Part shown: positions 29,169 to 37,883 of the stretch, one piece after another
How positions within the stretch are numbered: position 1 is the stretch's first letter
Layout of the letters: each line of letters starts with the position of its first letter
Source of the DNA: a virus
Lineage: Duplodnaviria; Caudoviricetes
Length of the DNA stretch: 64,000 nt
Direction: 5' to 3' (one strand)
Virus record (IMG/VR): IMGVR_UViG_3300021387_000661
Span: 96,001 to 160,000 of that record
Translations under genes and position numbers: made by a program
Notes under the pieces: model-generated
Seen by the model: the letters and a program-made list of their open reading frames with translations, nothing else
The model's database searches: none
What the model was told of the DNA's origin: nothing

Positions 29169-30765
29169 TTATGTTTAAAGTTATTTTTGGTAATTTATTT
29201 ACATTTCCTATTTGTGTTGTTCCTAGACCATATGATTTTCCATTGACCATAACAGCACCATTGACACTTAAGTTCCCTGATGGTAAGTTTGAGGTGATTT
29301 CAGAAGGGAGACAAAGTTGTGATTTACCTTTGTTTTTTATGGTCTCCTTACATATTTCTATCCTGTCAATAAGACATTCACTATCTGCATTTATACTAAT
29401 ATCTGACTTGTTACATTTGCTGAAATAAAATTCATATGATTTGAAGTCATCTGTTGAAACTACCTGACTCAAGGAGTTATCATTCACATCAACATATATT
29501 TCACAAGTATCTTCAGATTTTGCATGGATGATAATTTTAACCCCATCTTCAATATTTTTTGATGAAACTATAAGGGTACCATTATTAAAATAAAGGAATC
29601 CGTCACCATCTATATATTTTTGATATACTTCATTTATATATAAGACATTTTCATTACCATAATAATCAAATATCTCCACATCTGAAAATATGGTGTTTAT
29701 ATGGATACCTTCTTCATCAAATTCATCAAGATAAACTATGTCCTCATCTTCAATATCATAATAAGGAACAGGACCGCTACAGTTTGCCTTCAATTTGATT
29801 ATATCATTGTCTTCAAATAATCCAGTATCCTTTCCTATGACAAAACATCTACACCTGTCAGTATTTCCATCCTTCCAACTTATGAACTCATATGTCATAT
29901 CATTATCGGGATCACTATCACCATCAAACCTGTCTGTACTTGGAATACATTTAACAACCATATGATAACCCTCAAGAACATCAACATAATCATGACTGTC
30001 ATCAAATCCATCTTTGTTTCTGTTTGAGATATGATGGTCTATATGGTCATAATTGACATTGAAATGTGAATACATATTTGTAGAATCAGAAACCACATGA
30101 TAAACTTTCCTCGGTCTATAAAGTGCTATTATTGTGGTATCCTCATTGATGGTAAACCTGTATATGTTTTTTGTACTTATAATATTGTCATATATTGTGT
30201 CATCTTCACATTCATCATCATCAAAATCAAATGATGCCCAACCAATGAAGATATGTGTGGAAGTGTCATATGCCGCAACCTCCACTTCAGTACCAGAATA
30301 AAAATCACTTTCCTGGATATTGCTGAATATCTCAGAACTATCATTTTCAACATCCAGCATATATAACTTGAGATAGCACAGATTCTTGTCTTCTGGTGCA
30401 ATTGTATATAGGACAGGATACTCTTCTATCTGTTGTGAAGATATGTTGTCTGGGTATGAAAATGTACCATATGTACAATTATACTGCCCGATTAAATTTA
30501 ATGAAATGGCATCCACATCCCTCAAGTCAACAAGTTCTTTTCCAGATGTGCCCAAATTCTGATCATCATTTTTCAGTTGGTCTGCATATTGCTTCCCTGC
30601 ATAATCGACAATATAGAAATCTAAACAAACATCCTGACCTTTTGTGATTTCTTTCAGACATGGGAAATAAAGAGCATATCCATCTGTACAATATTGTGTA
30701 CCAACATCACAGGAGTTGGTGCCAATATTATATACATTCCTAATTATGTTAGTTGATAAATCCAT
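29161..30765 (-). CDS. Acidic beta-rich late protein with InlB-B-repeat-like domains
   Basis: Two FIGW / FISWKDG repeat units. Late motif at 30785-30792 (minus). Confidence 0.5.
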   Translation of the reverse strand: MDLSTNIIRNVYNIGTNSCDVGTQYCTDGYALYFPCLKEITKGQDVCLDFYIVDYAGKQYADQLKNDDQNLGTSGKELVDLRDVDAISLNLIGQYNCTYGTFSYPDNISSQQIEEYPVLYTIAPEDKNLCYLKLYMLDVENDSSEIFSNIQESDFYSGTEVEVAAYDTSTHIFIGWASFDFDDDECEDDTIYDNIISTKNIYRFTINEDTTIIALYRPRKVYHVVSDSTNMYSHFNVNYDHIDHHISNRNKDGFDDSHDYVDVLEGYHMVVKCIPSTDRFDGDSDPDNDMTYEFISWKDGNTDRCRCFVIGKDTGLFEDNDIIKLKANCSGPVPYYDIEDEDIVYLDEFDEEGIHINTIFSDVEIFDYYGNENVLYINEVYQKYIDGDGFLYFNNGTLIVSSKNIEDGVKIIIHAKSEDTCEIYVDVNDNSLSQVVSTDDFKSYEFYFSKCNKSDISINADSECLIDRIEICKETIKNKGKSQLCLPSEITSNLPSGNLSVNGAVMVNGKSYGLGTTQIGNVNKLPKITLNINE

Positions 30766-30844
30766 ATATAAAATCTATATATGGTATTTATGAAAAAAAG
30801 GAGATGATTGCTCACCCCCCTCTCAATAAAGTTATGGATAATTA

Positions 30845-31558
30845 TTAAGTCCAAAGACTATGGAAATATTCTCTGAATAAATCAAGAGACCTTTCTATGA
30901 TTTTCTCTTCATCATCTGTTCTTTCAGTGTCTTGTGATAGAATTTCAAATCCTTTCAACATCTCCTCAAGTATATTAATCCACTTGTCAAATGTCAGATT
31001 AGATGGATATACACCTATTGTTTTTGTGTCCTCAATAAACACCTTGAGTCTTGGATAAATGAACTTTGCTATTGTACCATCAAGACTCCAGGTCTCTGAA
31101 TCATCAAACCCCCTTTCAAGTCTTTGCTGTGTATATTTTTCCCATCTGCTGTCATCTGCATCAATCAAGGAAAAACACACATTAGGAATACCATATGGAT
31201 CCTTTGATGACACTTCGGGGTCTCTCCTGTCATATGAATAATAGAATTTGGCAATATCATAAGTTCTTACCTGGTCATATTTCAAATCAACTACATATTC
31301 AGAAGAACCTATGGATGGTGTAAGTACTATCAAATCGTTCACCTCCTTGTATAGGTCATATGTGTTTTCATCAGAATGGTTGTGTATATATGACATATAC
31401 AGATTTCTGAAAAATCTTGAATATGCCTTATAATCAAAGAATGTGTACTTTTTCTTTACATTACATTCTTTGACAAGAACATCATCAATTGTGACTTTGA
31501 CAATACCACCATGATTGAAAAACTCAAGTGGTGTAAGTTCATCCAATATTACTTCCAT
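30845..31558 (-). CDS. Hypothetical phage protein
   Basis: 237-aa ORF with RGFDDSETWSLD. TTGTTATTTTTA motif upstream on minus strand. Confidence 0.65.
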   Translation of the reverse strand: MEVILDELTPLEFFNHGGIVKVTIDDVLVKECNVKKKYTFFDYKAYSRFFRNLYMSYIHNHSDENTYDLYKEVNDLIVLTPSIGSSEYVVDLKYDQVRTYDIAKFYYSYDRRDPEVSSKDPYGIPNVCFSLIDADDSRWEKYTQQRLERGFDDSETWSLDGTIAKFIYPRLKVFIEDTKTIGVYPSNLTFDKWINILEEMLKGFEILSQDTERTDDEEKIIERSLDLFREYFHSLWT

Positions 31559-31644
31559 AGTACTAATTAATTCTTATGAAATAAAAATAACAAAAAGTTA
31601 TTTGAATTTTTTTTTAGTGATATACAAATGGGCCAAACATTATT

Positions 31645-31656
31645 TTGTTATATTTA
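31645..31656 (+). promoter_or_regulatory. TTGTTATATTTA non-late promoter motif
   Basis: Exact copies also at 20723, 27492, 36519, 51100, 51558, 53792 and 56445, always intergenic before starts. Confidence 0.7.
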
Positions 31657-31667
31657 ATGTGTTAATT

Positions 31668-32912
31668 ATGGATAAATGTAGATACATAGAATTATTTGCT
31701 GGTGTGGGTGGCTTCCATGTTGGACTTGACAGGTCTGACAAGGATTTTTATAAGTGTGTGATGGCAAACCAGTGGGAACCAGGTGCTAAAGACCAATTTG
31801 CAGCAAATATATACAGGAAGAGATTTCCCAATGATTTGTTGGTAAATGATGATATTTGTAAGGTTTCTGGGAAAGACTTGGAAGCAGACCTTATGGTTGG
31901 AGGATTTTGCTGTCAGGATTACAGTGTAGCAAACAATAAATCAAGAGCATTAGGTATTGAAGGAAAGAAAGGTGTTCTCTGGTGGGAAATCATTAGACTC
32001 ATCTCTGAAATGAAAGAGAAACCTAAATATCTTCTTCTTGAGAATGTTGATAGGATGATCATCTCACCTGCACAGCAAAGGGGTAGGGATTTTGCTCTCA
32101 TCCTACAATCATTGGTCAATCTTGGGTATAATATTGAATGGAGGGTCATTAATGCTGCTGAATATGGATTTCCCCAGAAAAGAAAAAGAATATTCCTTTT
32201 TGCATTTCTTACTGGAGAATTTGAAGTAAAGAGTCCAGATTCCTGGTTATATAAAGAAGGAATCCTTGCAAAAGCATTCCCAGTAAAAGAAGATATTGAA
32301 ATTGGTCTTTGGGGACTTGATAGAAGAAAATTGGATTCAGACCTGGTTTATATATCAGACCATTTCAATGAGAATAATATCATAGACCACCCATTTGAAA
32401 ATGCAGGAGTTGTAATAGATGGTTATATTTCTACTACAAAGGTCAAAACAGACTATTCTGGGTCATTTATGACACTGGGAGGTGTTCTTGCCCAGGGTGA
32501 TGATAGAAAGCTCATTACAGAAGACTATTATCTTTCTGATGATGAGATTGAAAAGTGGAAGTATTCCAAAGGAAACAAGTCATTTGAGAGGACAAATAAA
32601 GATGGATATACATACACTTACACAGAAGGTGCAATGCCTTTTCCTGACCCTCTTGATAGACCGGCAAGGACATTGATAACAAGTGAGGTATCAACAACAC
32701 CAAACAGATTCACCCATATCATAAAAGACCCAGAAACTGGTAAATTAAGGCGTCTAATCCCTCTTGAACTGGAAAGGATACAGATGTTCCCAGATAACCA
32801 CACAGAGGGTATTACAGACAAAAAGAGAGGGTTTCTGATGGGTAATGCACTTGTATGTGGAATTGTGGAAAGAATTGGTAAGGAATTGAAGAGTAGAATT
32901 TATGATTTATAA
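31668..32912 (+). CDS. DNA (cytosine-5) methyltransferase, M.Sau3AI-like (likely GATC)
   Basis: ELFAGVGGF, ANQWEP, GGFCCQDYSVA, ENVDR..SP..QRGRDF, QKRKRIF, PARTLITSE and MGNALV. All ten motifs present. Confidence 0.9.
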   Translation: MDKCRYIELFAGVGGFHVGLDRSDKDFYKCVMANQWEPGAKDQFAANIYRKRFPNDLLVNDDICKVSGKDLEADLMVGGFCCQDYSVANNKSRALGIEGKKGVLWWEIIRLISEMKEKPKYLLLENVDRMIISPAQQRGRDFALILQSLVNLGYNIEWRVINAAEYGFPQKRKRIFLFAFLTGEFEVKSPDSWLYKEGILAKAFPVKEDIEIGLWGLDRRKLDSDLVYISDHFNENNIIDHPFENAGVVIDGYISTTKVKTDYSGSFMTLGGVLAQGDDRKLITEDYYLSDDEIEKWKYSKGNKSFERTNKDGYTYTYTEGAMPFPDPLDRPARTLITSEVSTTPNRFTHIIKDPETGKLRRLIPLELERIQMFPDNHTEGITDKKRGFLMGNALVCGIVERIGKELKSRIYDL

Positions 32913-32922
32913 ATTGTGAATT

Positions 32923-33252
32923 ATGGCAACCTATTTAGAATATCTGTCATTTAAATCTCGTTTGCCCTGGTACAAGAAGATTCTGTTTCCTTTGTTTTTG
33001 AATAAGAAGGAATATGATGAATATATCATGATAACAACAGAGGAAAAGACTGAACTGGATAAAGCCAGGGATCATTATTTCTTCTGTTGGAATGAGTATA
33101 TGAAAAATCCCACATATCAAACAAAGGTGAGTATGGAACATGCAAGGGATATTGTCAAGATGTATTTAAGACAGGAAAATAGGTATTATGAAGATACTTA
33201 CAGGTCAAATGAAGATGTGAATTATTTATTAAGAAGAAATATATTAGTATGA
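32923..33252 (+). CDS. Hypothetical protein
   Basis: ORF in tightly packed operon. Confidence 0.6.
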   Translation: MATYLEYLSFKSRLPWYKKILFPLFLNKKEYDEYIMITTEEKTELDKARDHYFFCWNEYMKNPTYQTKVSMEHARDIVKMYLRQENRYYEDTYRSNEDVNYLLRRNILV

Positions 33253-33731
33253 AAATAACAGATAAATATGTGTTCTTCTGGAAGGAAGACCCATTTTGTA
33301 ATTTCACCAGGTGTGAGATAAATTATGATGGGAATATGTTCTCATCATCAGAGCAGATGTTTATGTGGTTCAAGGCAGATTATTTTAAGGATTATGAAAC
33401 TGCTGAAAAGATTCTGAAAACAAATGACCCCGAGACTGCAAGAAAACTTGGAAGGATGGTGAAAAACTACAATGATGCAGAATGGAATAAGGCAAGAGTT
33501 TGGTATATGTATCTGGTTGTATTACAAAAGTTTATGCAGAATGAGGATTTGAGAAAAAAACTGTGTGATCCGAAGTATGATGGGAAACAGTTTGTAGAGG
33601 CTGCTTATTATGACAGGATTTGGGGAATAGGATACAATGAGAATGATGCTCTCATCACACCAGAGTATAAATGGGGAAGAAATGAACTTGGAAAGGTACT
33701 CAATAAGGTAAGAGATTTTTTAAATAGATGA
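33249..33731 (+). CDS. NADAR (YbiA-like) family protein
   Basis: SSEQMFMWFKA, KLGRMVKNY, KFMQN, VEAAYYDRIWGIG and GRNELGKVL. Confidence 0.9.
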   Translation: MKITDKYVFFWKEDPFCNFTRCEINYDGNMFSSSEQMFMWFKADYFKDYETAEKILKTNDPETARKLGRMVKNYNDAEWNKARVWYMYLVVLQKFMQNEDLRKKLCDPKYDGKQFVEAAYYDRIWGIGYNENDALITPEYKWGRNELGKVLNKVRDFLNR

Positions 33732-34261
33732 AAGTAACCACATTGGATGAAATAATTGAGAAGGATGTTCCGGAAGAACTCTACTTCAAGAAGAAGGACT
33801 GGGAGAAAAGGAAATATCTCAGGACTACTCTTCCTATGATGTGTACTGTTGATGGAGATGATGTCTATCTGTTTGCTGAAGGAATCAAACCTCCACAAAT
33901 CCTGAAACAGAAAAGGACAGAAGATGAGAAGTTGAGAAGACACAGGTTCGGAGACAAGGGAAAGAAGTTTGGAAAAGGTGTCTATGCTGAACCAACAGGA
34001 GATGGATATTCTAATACACTCACCACATTCTCAATGGACAACTATGTGTGGGACAGGAACTACAAAGTAAGGGAACTGACAGACAGGGAGGCATTCAGAC
34101 TGATGGATGTGGATCCAGATGATGTTCAGAAGATATTGGATGCTGTTCCATCTAAATTCAGAAAAAAACTTGCTGGGAACAGTATTGCCGTCAATGTGAT
34201 GACTGAGATATTCAGAAATTTGTTTAATGAAAGGGTAAATCCTGAAAAACCATTATTTTGA
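33728..34261 (+). CDS. C5 methyltransferase C-terminal subunit beta-1 (TRD plus motifs IX-X)
   Basis: DGYSNTLTT TRD, RELTDREAFRLMD (IX) and LAGNSIAVNVM (X). No motifs I-VIII. Confidence 0.85.
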   Translation: MKVTTLDEIIEKDVPEELYFKKKDWEKRKYLRTTLPMMCTVDGDDVYLFAEGIKPPQILKQKRTEDEKLRRHRFGDKGKKFGKGVYAEPTGDGYSNTLTTFSMDNYVWDRNYKVRELTDREAFRLMDVDPDDVQKILDAVPSKFRKKLAGNSIAVNVMTEIFRNLFNERVNPEKPLF

Positions 34262-34263
34262 TT

Positions 34264-34542
34264 ATGGAAAATGCTGTTTATTTTAAATGTAGAAATTTCA
34301 ATTTAGGTAATTGGAATGATATATTAAATATTCAAAAATCTTGGCCAACAGATGAAGTTATTATATTTAATAAAGGTACAGAAAATGAATGTGAAGTGAA
34401 ATATATGACATATTCAAGGATTGATAAATATCCAATATTTAAACTCATCAAAGGTGAGAATAAAAATGTTGAATCAGGTGTATCTGGTTATATAAATGAT
34501 ACTTTGTTTGAGTGTAAAGATGTTGTTATTATTGAAGTATGA
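34264..34542 (+). CDS. Hypothetical protein
   Basis: ORF in operon, AT-rich. Confidence 0.55.
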   Translation: MENAVYFKCRNFNLGNWNDILNIQKSWPTDEVIIFNKGTENECEVKYMTYSRIDKYPIFKLIKGENKNVESGVSGYINDTLFECKDVVIIEV

Positions 34543-34772
34543 AACCAGAAGAATTAAAAAATGGACTTGTTGTTGTCCATGTAAAGCATAACAGACTTTA
34601 CATTATTGTTGAATGTAATATGATGATGAAGGATTCTGTAAATGGATGGGTTGATGCAGTAATTTACAAACCACTGTATGATAATGAATATAACTGTTTT
34701 GTCAGGGAGAAACAATCATTCTTAGATGAATTTAAAATTGTAGAACTTAAATCCTATGTTTATAAATTTTAG
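34539..34772 (+). CDS. DUF1653-like protein
   Basis: HVK..LY, VIYKPLY and FVREKQSFLDEF pattern. Confidence 0.55.
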   Translation: MKPEELKNGLVVVHVKHNRLYIIVECNMMMKDSVNGWVDAVIYKPLYDNEYNCFVREKQSFLDEFKIVELKSYVYKF

Positions 34773-34799
34773 AATTTGAAACTTATATATTAAAGTAAT

Positions 34800-35291
34800 A
34801 TGAAACATTTAGTAGTAATTGCAGAAAAAGAAGAATTGAAACTTGTTGAGCAATTGGGATATAATCATTATCCTGTTCTCATTACAGGTGTTGGTGCATT
34901 GAATGTCATTGAGGCATTGAAGGATATACCAAGGGATACAGTTATCTATAATATTGGATATGCTGGTAGTAAAAACCTTGAACCTGGTAAATTTTATGCC
35001 ATTGACAGGGTTTCACTTTATCATCAGAATGTAAAGTATGATGAACCATCATATTCATTGGGTTATATTCCTTGGGCAAAAGAAGTAGAACCTGAAGAAG
35101 ATTCATATATGAGGCCTATAAAATGTCTGACAGGAACTGATTTTGTACTTGAATCAAACATTGAAGATTGTGTGTTTGATATGGAATTGGCATATATCAA
35201 GGTATTGGGGTTTGAAAATGTCATTGCATATAAGTATGTAAGTGACAATCTTGACCTCAATCAATATAGAATCAAATTCAATGAGGAATGA
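34800..35291 (+). CDS. Nucleoside phosphorylase / MTA-SAH nucleosidase-like protein
   Basis: ITGVGALN, NIGYAGS, TGTDFV, DMELA and KYVSD match the PNP/MTAN motif order. Confidence 0.7.
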   Translation: MKHLVVIAEKEELKLVEQLGYNHYPVLITGVGALNVIEALKDIPRDTVIYNIGYAGSKNLEPGKFYAIDRVSLYHQNVKYDEPSYSLGYIPWAKEVEPEEDSYMRPIKCLTGTDFVLESNIEDCVFDMELAYIKVLGFENVIAYKYVSDNLDLNQYRIKFNEE

Positions 35292-35619
35292 TGTCCATAT
35301 TGTGAAGGTTGGACCCCATCAGCAGGATACAGTGATGTACACTGACGGGGTCTGCCGCTGTATCTGTGTGGGTCAGCACAACAACACCAACAGTTACCTC
35401 AAAATCTTGGATAAGGGAAGAATCAGGAAGATGACCACCAAGGAGATAGGGAGACTGATGGGTGTGGATGATTCTGATATTGATAAGATGACAGGTGTCC
35501 TTGCACCTGGTGTGGTCAATTCACTCTTTGGTAATTCCATTGTGGTGGATGTGATGACAGAGATGTTCAGGGAACTTTTTTATGAAGACAGGAAATTAAG
35601 TGAAATTAAATTGTTTTAA
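35281..35619 (+). CDS. C5 methyltransferase C-terminal subunit beta-2 (different TRD plus motifs IX-X)
   Basis: HQQDTVMYTDGVCRCI TRD-like segment, IRKMTTKEIGRLMGV (IX) and FGNSIVVDVM (X). Confidence 0.82.
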   Translation: MRNDVHIVKVGPHQQDTVMYTDGVCRCICVGQHNNTNSYLKILDKGRIRKMTTKEIGRLMGVDDSDIDKMTGVLAPGVVNSLFGNSIVVDVMTEMFRELFYEDRKLSEIKLF

Positions 35620-35621
35620 AT

Positions 35622-35798
35622 ATGTTGACACAAGAAGAAAAGAAGACAATATGCTTGTTGTTGAGAAGGGAAACTGCTTGTGGAATGATGGATGCTTCAC
35701 GGGCAATTGATGAGCTAATAAAAGCACTTAAAATGAAACCTAAATACATTATGGATGCACCACAAAACATTAAAATAACTTGGGAATATTATGACTAA
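35622..35798 (+). CDS. 58-aa protein resembling the EF-Ts N-terminal UBA-like domain
   Basis: Manual translation gives LRRETACGMMDASRAI. Confidence 0.45.
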   Translation: MLTQEEKKTICLLLRRETACGMMDASRAIDELIKALKMKPKYIMDAPQNIKITWEYYD

Positions 35799-36045
35799 AG
35801 CAGAATATTTTACAAATAAATATCATTGTCATATAAGTTGTACTCCTGAAATTGATAAATGCAAGAATTGTCCTATTTTGAGAGTACTTAAAGAAATATA
35901 TGGGGAGGAAAAAGTATGACAAAAGAAGAAGCAATCAATGAATTGAGGGAATTACTTAATTATTGGAGATACATCAAGATGTATGATAATAAAAGTGAAC
36001 AGGATGCTGTTGAATTTGCAATAAACTATATGGAGGATAAAGTGT

Positions 36046-36246
36046 ATGACTAATGATGAAATAACAAGATACATCCAGGAGAAGTGGAGTAACTATTCAA
36101 GGGGACTGGCAATGTCCTTTGCATTCAGGAAAGACAAGAACTATACTTTTGAGGATGTGAAGGATGCATTCTCATCTGGTGCCTGGGAAATAATCCAGCT
36201 TTTGATTAAGAATAATATTAATAAAGAGGATTTGAAATATGAATAA
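36046..36246 (+). CDS. Hypothetical protein
   Basis: ORF in operon. Confidence 0.55.
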   Translation: MTNDEITRYIQEKWSNYSRGLAMSFAFRKDKNYTFEDVKDAFSSGAWEIIQLLIKNNINKEDLKYE

Positions 36247-36517
36247 AGAAACTATTGACAGACTGGTGAAACAGTACGGAGACAGATGGATGCTCAGAGA
36301 CCTTGACTTCTTCCCTGAGAAGTTGAGTGATGCTTGTAGGATATATCCTTACAAGGTTGAGACTTTTATGAAAGTGGTCACTGGTAATGGGTTTATCTCT
36401 TTTGAAACTGAAAAAGAAGCTCTTGATGCAAGTATCCAGATTTATGAGAAAGTACTTCATAAACAAGTACCATATGGTCTTCTTCACAGGTATTATCTTA
36501 CAGATTCTGAGAAATAA
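36239..36517 (+). CDS. Hypothetical protein
   Basis: ORF in operon. Confidence 0.6.
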   Translation: MNKETIDRLVKQYGDRWMLRDLDFFPEKLSDACRIYPYKVETFMKVVTGNGFISFETEKEALDASIQIYEKVLHKQVPYGLLHRYYLTDSEK

Positions 36518-36534
36518 TTTGTTATATTTATAGT

Positions 36535-36756
36535 ATGAAGAAGTACTACAGGATCAGGAAGATGACACCCAGGGAATGTTATAGATTAATGGGTGTGGAG
36601 GATACAGACACAGATAAATTATTTGAAACAGATTTGAAAGACTCAAATCACTATAAACTTGCAGGTAATTCTATTGTTGTGGATTGTATGGTTCATATGT
36701 TTGACAAGTTGTTCTTTAACAGGAATGAACCTAAAAAGAAAATTACATTATGGTAA
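36535..36756 (+). CDS. C5 methyltransferase C-terminal subunit beta-3 (motifs IX-X only, no TRD)
   Basis: IRKMTPRECYRLMGV and YKLAGNSIVVDCM. Own promoter motif at 36519-36530. Confidence 0.88.
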   Translation: MKKYYRIRKMTPRECYRLMGVEDTDTDKLFETDLKDSNHYKLAGNSIVVDCMVHMFDKLFFNRNEPKKKITLW

Positions 36757-37487
36757 AGAAATATACAAAAGAAAACCCATTGAGAGTGTTCACAGCATTC
36801 TCTGGTTATGATTCCCAGTGTTTGGCACTCAACAGACTGGGGATTGATTATGATTTGGTTGGTTGGTCAGAGATAGACCCTGCTGCCATCAAGGCACATA
36901 ATGCTCTGTTCCCACAGTATGCTGATAGGAATTATGGTGACATCTCCAAGATTGACTGGTCGCAAGTTCCTGATTTTGACCTGTTTACTTACAGCTTTCC
37001 TTGCACGGATCTGTCAAATGCTGGAAGACAGGCTGGATTTGATGAAGGTTCTGGTACCAGGTCATCACTTCTTTGGGAGTGTAGAAAAGCAATATCAGTA
37101 AAGAGACCTAAATATATGATGCTTGAAAATGTGAAGGCTCTTCTTTCAGATAAATTTGTTGATCTTTTTAAAAAATGGTGTGAAGAACTTGAATCATATG
37201 GTTATGTGAACTATTATGATATTCTCAATTCAAAAGATTTTGGTGTGCCTCAATCCAGAGAAAGGGTATTTGTGATCTCCATTCTCAAGACTGAAGATGA
37301 ACCAGAACCTTATTATGAGTTCCCAAGACCAATTCCACTCAAGAAGACAGTTGAAGACTTGTTGGAAGATAATGTTCCTGAAAAGTATTATATGAAGCAG
37401 GAGGTCACTGACAGATATGTTCAGACTATGAGTGTAGAACATTCAAAGGATGAGAGTGTTGAACAGCCAGATGAAGAACTATGGTAA
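36750..37487 (+). CDS. C5 methyltransferase catalytic subunit alpha (motifs I-VIII only)
   Basis: FSGYDS (I), SEID, GDI, SFPCTDLS (IV), ENVK (VI) and PQSRERVF (VIII). Ends after the V..KYY anchor with no TRD, IX or X. Confidence 0.9.
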   Translation: MVKKYTKENPLRVFTAFSGYDSQCLALNRLGIDYDLVGWSEIDPAAIKAHNALFPQYADRNYGDISKIDWSQVPDFDLFTYSFPCTDLSNAGRQAGFDEGSGTRSSLLWECRKAISVKRPKYMMLENVKALLSDKFVDLFKKWCEELESYGYVNYYDILNSKDFGVPQSRERVFVISILKTEDEPEPYYEFPRPIPLKKTVEDLLEDNVPEKYYMKQEVTDRYVQTMSVEHSKDESVEQPDEELW

Positions 37488-37882
37488 AGAATTATAGTAA
37501 CCTCACTCTTGAAGAAATAGAATCCAAGATTGAGAAGAATGATGATATATTACATAAAATCTGGGATTCTGATGGTGGTGATTCCTGGGAAAAGTACAAG
37601 GTAAAGTGTCAGCCTTACTGGGATGATAATGAAGCACTTTATGCAGCAAAATCATTAAAAGAAACCCCGGAAATGAGTCCATTCAGTGATTTGGACAGGA
37701 AGTGTTTGATGACAATAGATAAATTTAAAGCTTATTGTGAATTTGGAGCTATTATGGACTCTGATGGTTTTGGGTATTATGCCACTGATAAGGAAGTGTC
37801 CAATATTGAGGCCAGTCCAAGAGCATTTGAAAAGGGAATTATCAGACCAGATTTTACACATATTTGTTGGTATAATAAGTGA
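37481..37882 (+). CDS. Hypothetical protein
   Basis: ORF coupled to alpha subunit, ending DGFGYYA..THICWYNK. Confidence 0.65.
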   Translation: MVKNYSNLTLEEIESKIEKNDDILHKIWDSDGGDSWEKYKVKCQPYWDDNEALYAAKSLKETPEMSPFSDLDRKCLMTIDKFKAYCEFGAIMDSDGFGYYATDKEVSNIEASPRAFEKGIIRPDFTHICWYNK

Positions 37883-37883
37883 T

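Noticed and set aside
31515-31667. Longer upstream starts given for ORFs 31515, 20702, 35242, 37737 and 53760
   Set aside because: The extensions cross promoters, terminators or other genes. Downstream ATGs fit the motifs and spacing better.
36730-36756. Programmed -1 frameshift fusing beta-3 to alpha
   Set aside because: The site is T-AAA-AAG, not a full slippery heptamer. The same TATGGTAA stop/start overlap recurs at 37481, so translational coupling explains it.
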